Origin: a virus
Taxonomy: Duplodnaviria > Caudoviricetes
DNA: 28,169 nucleotides
Reading direction: 5' to 3' (one strand)
Virus record (IMG/VR): IMGVR_UViG_3300033489_000049
Span: 1-28,169 of that record
The notes under the pieces are model-generated. The model had not been told where the DNA came from, did not search any database, and saw nothing but the letters and a program-made list of their open reading frames with translations. A program made the position numbers and the translations under genes. Shown here piece after piece: positions 23,277 through 28,169 of this stretch (position 1 is its first letter; every line of letters starts with the position of its first letter).

Positions 23277-25391
23277 TCAGCCTTTTTCAATTTCAATCGG
23301 CCCAACAATATAAATCTCCCTCAAAAACTCAAACCGATCCTTAAATTCTCTATATCCAGACGTGTTTTCGTAGTACCGCATGAACGACATACCATCCAAG
23401 TCCATCTCTATCCCCTTGCATTCCTTCTCCAGTAAAGCTTCATACCGGTCCGCCTCACTCAAATATACCGGAGCCTTGGGCTTGAATTCAATCACCGTCA
23501 TTTTTGCCGCTGCCGCCTCTATCCGCTCAGCTTCCGCCCTGGGTAGTTCAATCCGTTTACTCGTGTTTTTCGTGGTTTTCGTGGTTAAAACTTCTGTGAC
23601 CTCTGACCTCTGACACCCGACCTCTATCAGAGCCGGCGCATCAGCCACCCACGCCCTGGCTTCAGCTTCCGTCTGTTTCGCCAGCGACCTCTTGAGCCTA
23701 ATCCCTTCCTTAACCGCCGCCAGATCCTCCGGCTGACCGAGTAGCCTGGCCATCGGATGCACTGGCGTAAGCGCTTTGGCTTCGCAAAGCAGTTTTTTCC
23801 CGGTTTGATCATACACGTGCACCTGGCTAAGGTCTTCCAGATCATACCGGATCATCACCCGGTCCCGGTATCCATACAGAGACTCATCGTAGTACCACCG
23901 GCCCATAAAATTAACGCCGTTGCGCTGCACTGTCTTGATTTCCATACTCATCATCAGGTACCGCAACGTCTCCTCGTTAACGCCAGGCCCTTTGCCCGCG
24001 GCGAAAATTTCACCAGGCTGAAGGCCTTTCAATCCCCGGTGCGGACGCTGCGCGTACTCGTTTACCCATCCTTTGATAATCCGGTGAGTGTCATCGATGG
24101 TCGGCATCCATCCGCCATATTTTTTCTCGTGAAGTTTCTGATGAAGTTTTTCATTGCGAAGCATTCGGGCAGGTTTATCGTCTATGGACGTGCCGGTAAA
24201 TGTCGGCATCAGCCGTTCGAGCTCGGAAAACGTTCCAAAGAACCGCTCCACCGGCTTGCTTTGCGCATGATACGGCCAGGCAAACACCGTTTCAATCCCC
24301 AGCCGGGCGAACATCCCGTAAAATCCGGCTTCCTCGAAATCGATGTCCGTATTGGTGAAAAGTTTGGCTTTGAAAGCCCTACCGTTGTCCAGATACGCCA
24401 CTTTCGGCATTTTACCCAGGGTAAGGATTGCTTTCCGAAGCCCGGCGGCGACGCATTGAATGTTTTCCGTGGGCAGGATCTCCCAGCCCACGGGCATGCA
24501 GGATGCCCAGTCGTACCAGGTAACCATCGTCATCCGGGACGGTTTGCCGGTAAACGGATGAAGCGCGACAAAATTCAGCGTGTGCCCGTCGGCCACCAGA
24601 ACATCGCCCACCTCCAGGAGATTGATATCCCGGTCCATATAGGGCAACACTTTATCGTTGAGCGCCTTCTCTCCCTCGCGCGCGAATACCCATTGGTCGT
24701 AATGCGCTTTTCTAAAATCCTTTAGCGCTCTTCGTAGTGTGTCTTTTGAGGATGGCGACGGGATTTGCTTCCGGGTCAGCGCGGTCTTGGTTAGGCGGGC
24801 AACCTCTGCGATCCGGAGGCGGTTGGGGTGGAGAGCGAAAGACAGCATGGCGTTGAATTCGTCGTCGGTAACCTTCCTCTGTCCCAGGCGGTTGCCATAC
24901 TGCGGCGCCAGCGCCATGTAATCGTAATGGCTGTCCCGAAATTTCTTGGCCCATGCGTCCAGGGTCTGCCGGGAGGTGTTCCCCAATACGCTATATATAA
25001 TAGGTAGCAACTGCCCCGTGTTGTATCCTCTCACAAACAAACCGGCCGCAGCGACCACCGATTCTTTTTTAGCCCTGGCCTCATCTTTTGAGACCTGATA
25101 ATGCCGGATCAAATCCGCCCGCGCCAGGGCGACCTTATTCTGCTGCTCGCTCAATTCCGGCGATCCCACCGCCACGGGTGCTTCTTTTTCTGCCAATACC
25201 GGATACCGAATACCTGATACCTGCAACCGCACTCCCTCCGGGAGGTCGGCCAGCAAATACCGTTTTGCATTGCCGTCTCCGTTTAAATAGGGCCACGCTT
25301 CTTTTTCTGCCCGGAGATTAACCGCACGTTTCGTTATACCTATTATATTAGCCAGCTCGGCTGCGGTTTTGGTTTCAGGTTCCAGATTCAT
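23277..25391 (-). CDS. muA: MuA-like DDE transposase
   Basis: N-terminal HTH, VADGH, YLDNGRAF, SKPVERFF, C-terminal IRYD..DL..V.VY. Confidence 0.95.
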   Translation of the reverse strand: MNLEPETKTAAELANIIGITKRAVNLRAEKEAWPYLNGDGNAKRYLLADLPEGVRLQVSGIRYPVLAEKEAPVAVGSPELSEQQNKVALARADLIRHYQVSKDEARAKKESVVAAAGLFVRGYNTGQLLPIIYSVLGNTSRQTLDAWAKKFRDSHYDYMALAPQYGNRLGQRKVTDDEFNAMLSFALHPNRLRIAEVARLTKTALTRKQIPSPSSKDTLRRALKDFRKAHYDQWVFAREGEKALNDKVLPYMDRDINLLEVGDVLVADGHTLNFVALHPFTGKPSRMTMVTWYDWASCMPVGWEILPTENIQCVAAGLRKAILTLGKMPKVAYLDNGRAFKAKLFTNTDIDFEEAGFYGMFARLGIETVFAWPYHAQSKPVERFFGTFSELERLMPTFTGTSIDDKPARMLRNEKLHQKLHEKKYGGWMPTIDDTHRIIKGWVNEYAQRPHRGLKGLQPGEIFAAGKGPGVNEETLRYLMMSMEIKTVQRNGVNFMGRWYYDESLYGYRDRVMIRYDLEDLSQVHVYDQTGKKLLCEAKALTPVHPMARLLGQPEDLAAVKEGIRLKRSLAKQTEAEARAWVADAPALIEVGCQRSEVTEVLTTKTTKNTSKRIELPRAEAERIEAAAAKMTVIEFKPKAPVYLSEADRYEALLEKECKGIEMDLDGMSFMRYYENTSGYREFKDRFEFLREIYIVGPIEIEKG

Positions 25392-25810
25392 AGCTCTCTC
25401 TCAATCTCTCTAATTCTGCGCAATTTCTGTTGAACCGTAAGTTTTTCCTCCGCCCACTCTAACTTTCTCCGCTCCTCCGGCCCGATCACCTCTGCGCCAA
25501 GTCCCCTCGCTATAATATCCAGCGAAGAAACATCTTTCATTGCCGCACAAAAAACTGGCAGAGCTTTGATCGGCATCTGGCGGTTAGTTTCGTTAGGATT
25601 GAGCCACTTTTCAAAAGTATCTAGAGTTAAACGATTTCCATTCCCTGTCGCCAGACTCATGTCATGCTTTTTAGCTATATCGTTCATTTTGTCCACAACC
25701 TGTTCACGGGACAAATCGCTATTTTTTACAATTTTATTCATATGAACTTTCAAGTCTGGAACGATATCGATTTTTACAGGATCAAAAAGATTTGTCTGAT
25801 AAGGTCTCAC
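25388..25810 (-). CDS. Putative phage regulatory protein (CII-like)
   Basis: LSREQVVDKMN...TFEKWLNP...ALPVFC; GTG start; between ner and muA. Confidence 0.65.
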   Translation of the reverse strand: MRPYQTNLFDPVKIDIVPDLKVHMNKIVKNSDLSREQVVDKMNDIAKKHDMSLATGNGNRLTLDTFEKWLNPNETNRQMPIKALPVFCAAMKDVSSLDIIARGLGAEVIGPEERRKLEWAEEKLTVQQKLRRIREIEREL

Positions 25811-25886
25811 TTTGTTGTCCGTTTTTTGGTTTTAATCTGTCGGAAAAAATGAAAACATTCACATTGACAATATGTTACTTGCTGAC

Positions 25887-26159
25887 TTATAAAATAGCCG
25901 AATATTTGCAACGAGGCCGGCCAGGCCTTTGAGGACCGTCCTTTAAATATGTGGATGGCCATATAAGTTTAATATCAATGCCGATGGCTTCGGCAATCGC
26001 TGTTCGAATTTTATGAGAAACGCTTTTTCCGTTGATTACGCCGTTTACGGAAGGCTGTTTTACGCCGAGAGATCTTGCGATTGCTGATTGAGAAACGCCA
26101 GCGCGTTTTAAAAGAATAATAGTTTCAATCGGGGGCATGTCGCTTACGTACTGTTTCAT
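25887..26159 (-). CDS. ner: Ner/Cro-like HTH protein
   Basis: LKRAGVSQSAIARSLGV...IAEAIG....IWPSTY; divergent from the repressor. Confidence 0.85.
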   Translation of the reverse strand: MKQYVSDMPPIETIILLKRAGVSQSAIARSLGVKQPSVNGVINGKSVSHKIRTAIAEAIGIDIKLIWPSTYLKDGPQRPGRPRCKYSAIL

Positions 26160-26260
26160 TGTGTTTGCCTTTTTGTTTTGTTTCGTTTCTAAATAACCTA
26201 TAATGGTCTTTTGTATAACCTATAAATCGGATAATCTTAACAGTCAAGAAAAAAATTAAG
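26160..26260. promoter_or_regulatory. Immunity switch: divergent promoters/operators
   Basis: ATAACCTATAA direct repeats (26193-26203, 26215-26225); minus-strand TTGACT (26247-26242), 17-nt spacer, TATAGG. Confidence 0.6.
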
Positions 26261-26869
26261 ATGAACGATAATATTTTAGGAGATAATTTAAAAGCATTTC
26301 GAAAGCGCTTTAACCTAACACAGGTTGAATACGCTAATAAGTTAGGTATAACTAATGGTTATGTGTCTGATTTAGAAAAAAACAAGGCAGTCCCGTCGGA
26401 ATCTCTTATAAGAAATATTGAGACCATATTTCAGATAAACCGGAATTGGCTTTTAACTGGCGAAGGTGAGATGTTTCGGAAGGAATCGGAGGACCCTTAT
26501 ATATATAAGGGAGGGGGTGGTGATAAGAAAAACACACCTTTATATAATAATGCACCGGGAGACGATATTGATAGGCTTCCTGGTGTAGATGAATTTGCTT
26601 ATGCGGTTGCTGGCCTGAAAGAAATATTCGATTCTCGTGATCCTGTGTTGTTACCTGCGATCCAGGCGAACATCCGGGCGTTCCAAATATCCGTTCGCCG
26701 GGAGCGCCAGATATATAAACAGGAAAAAGAAATTGGTGTTTTAAAAGAAGAGTGTAAGGATTTAAAAGCGCGTCTCTCGGCTCTTGAGGAAAAGATCCGT
26801 AACGCGGAACTGGAAAGAGATAAGGAGTTGAACCACGACCCACCTTTGGAGAAGAAACTGGCCGGATAG
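26261..26869 (+). CDS. XRE-family phage repressor with C-terminal coiled coil
   Basis: LKAFRKRFNLTQVEYANKLGI...VSDLEK..P...INRNWLLTGEGEMF; no S24 peptidase motif seen. Confidence 0.88.
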   Translation: MNDNILGDNLKAFRKRFNLTQVEYANKLGITNGYVSDLEKNKAVPSESLIRNIETIFQINRNWLLTGEGEMFRKESEDPYIYKGGGGDKKNTPLYNNAPGDDIDRLPGVDEFAYAVAGLKEIFDSRDPVLLPAIQANIRAFQISVRRERQIYKQEKEIGVLKEECKDLKARLSALEEKIRNAELERDKELNHDPPLEKKLAG

Positions 26870-26981
26870 CGATAGCTTATCCCTTTTTTACGGGATGTTT
26901 TTATAATTTTTCACAAAAGCCAGCAGATGTGATATCGTTTAGGTTAAAATATCTCGAAAAACAATTAAAATCTAAAAATAG

Positions 26982-27596
26982 GTGGTTTCCGTGTGTAAGC
27001 TAATAAATAAACTAAAGATTGCTTTAATCTTAATTTTATTTTTAGCATTACAGGCTGACGCAGAATTGAGAGATAATGGCGGCGGCCTTATATACGATTC
27101 AGATTATGATATTACTTGGCTCCAGGATGCTAATTATGCAAATACTTCGGGTTATAAAGGTACAAATCACGCAAACGGCAAAATGAATTGGCAAGATGCT
27201 AAAGATTGGGCTGGAAGCTTATCGTACCAAGGAGCTTATACTTGGCGGTTACCTGAAATGGTTGATATAAATAGCTCTCCTTGTACGGGTCTGGATTGTC
27301 TGGAAACCGAAGCGCTGCATATTTTTAATAATAAAAATAAAAGTTCATCGTTAGGTTTGTTTAAAAATTTAGCTTCACTAGAAGATTATTGGTCTCAAAC
27401 CGAATCCCAGGCTAATTCGGATTATGTAAAATCTTTTTCCTCTAATAACGAATATAATGAGGAGTTGAAAAGCGCCAAGCTTTATGTTTGGGCTGTTCAT
27501 GACGGTGACCAAAAACCAAAACAAGATTCATCTAGTGATAGTGAAGAGGATGAGGGTAATATTATAGGGTGTTTTGTCTCGACTATTCATAAGTAG
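26982..27596 (+). CDS. Secreted DUF1566 (Lcl-like) protein with C-terminal GCF motif (cargo)
   Basis: Signal peptide; DNGGGLIYD...ITWLQDAN, MNWQDA..WA, WRLP, YWS.T, VWAVHDGD; ends GCFVSTIHK; AT-rich. Confidence 0.75.
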   Translation: MVSVCKLINKLKIALILILFLALQADAELRDNGGGLIYDSDYDITWLQDANYANTSGYKGTNHANGKMNWQDAKDWAGSLSYQGAYTWRLPEMVDINSSPCTGLDCLETEALHIFNNKNKSSSLGLFKNLASLEDYWSQTESQANSDYVKSFSSNNEYNEELKSAKLYVWAVHDGDQKPKQDSSSDSEEDEGNIIGCFVSTIHK

Positions 27597-27790
27597 GATT
27601 TTATAAAAATTTATTATAAGTAATATTATATAGTTGTGTTATTTTTAAAAATATTTTCACTTTTTTTTAAAAAAAGTGATTTGTTCAAGTGTTACTTTAA
27701 CTTTTTTACCCTTTTTTGACCTAAAAACTGTCTTTTTATTGGTTTATTATAAACAAAAAATCCTTCATTTTCTCACTTTTTTTAAAAAAA

Positions 27791-28169
27791 CCACTTCCCA
27801 CCTGATGGGAAGTTTATTGCCGCTATGTCGTATATATTATTTAATTATATCAATAGCTAATGCTGTTACTTTAGCACTTCCCACCCAACTTCCCACCTAA
27901 ACCTATTAAGTGGGAAGTGGTTTAAATATTATTTTGTTCGTTATCTTTTTGTAATTATTATATATACCGTCACATTATGGGTTTTCATAAAGCCGAAACC
28001 ATCTGCAAATAAATGTCAAAAATCGCCCAAAAAGCCGAAACTAAATTTTACGCAAAAAATTGATTTGTTCCACGCATAAGTATCTGATCGGTATATACAT
28101 AGTTCCATATAAGCCTATCCCACACCAATAAAATCCAATTCTTAAACCATCTGCCTCCCCAAATTCACC
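27791..28169. repeat. Putative phage end with repeated protein-binding sites
   Basis: ACTTCCCA at 27793, 27876, 27888, inverted at 27806, 27911; AAAGCCGAAAC at 27989, 28031; AAACCATCTGC at 27996, 28144. Confidence 0.6.

Larger units (their letters stand above)
1..28169 (-). mobile_element. Mu-like transposable prophage/phage, sheath-less (siphovirus-type) tail; tail region continues beyond window start
   Basis: Mu gene order: repressor | ner - MuA - MuB - gemA - lysis - terminase - portal - MuF - gpG - protease - capsid - gp36 - tail tube. Confidence 0.95.

Noticed and set aside
1239-23284. Repeat families as a CRISPR array
   Set aside because: Units are 7-11 nt, contiguous and dispersed; no regular unique spacers and no cas genes
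26982-27596. Diversity-generating retroelement target
   Set aside because: No reverse transcriptase, Avd or adenine-variant repeat pair seen in the window
27676-27900. 74-aa ORF in the AT-rich end region
   Set aside because: Low-complexity sequence overlapping the binding-site repeats; no RBS

Overview
Almost the whole window is a Mu-like transposable (pro)phage, transcribed mostly on the minus strand. Reading from the right: an AT-rich putative phage end, a cargo gene for a secreted DUF1566-like protein, an XRE repressor divergent from ner, MuA, MuB, and a semi-essential region (Fn3 secreted protein, GemA, HNH, a c4-like RNA upstream of rha, a Com-like zinc ribbon). Then come a dCTP-deaminase/dUTPase-fold membrane protein, lysis genes, terminase, portal, MuF with a C-terminal PBECR2-like nuclease, gpG, protease/scaffold, decoration protein, capsid, gp36, a sheath-less tail tube, G/GT chaperones joined by a -1 frameshift, and a truncated signal-peptide protein. 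Most unusual: (1) dozens of short ~3-unit tandem repeats (7-, 9- and 10-nt periods) and REP-like hairpins at most gene junctions and in frame inside essential genes; (2) a near-consensus antisense promoter and small structured RNA directly behind the MuF nuclease domain, where an immunity gene would be expected; (3) a catalytically rewired Dcd/dUTPase-fold protein with a coiled coil and TM helix; (4) RNA switches before rha and before the late operon. Family assignments come from motif recognition and synteny by eye; no database search was run. A Desulfobacterota-like host is an inference only.
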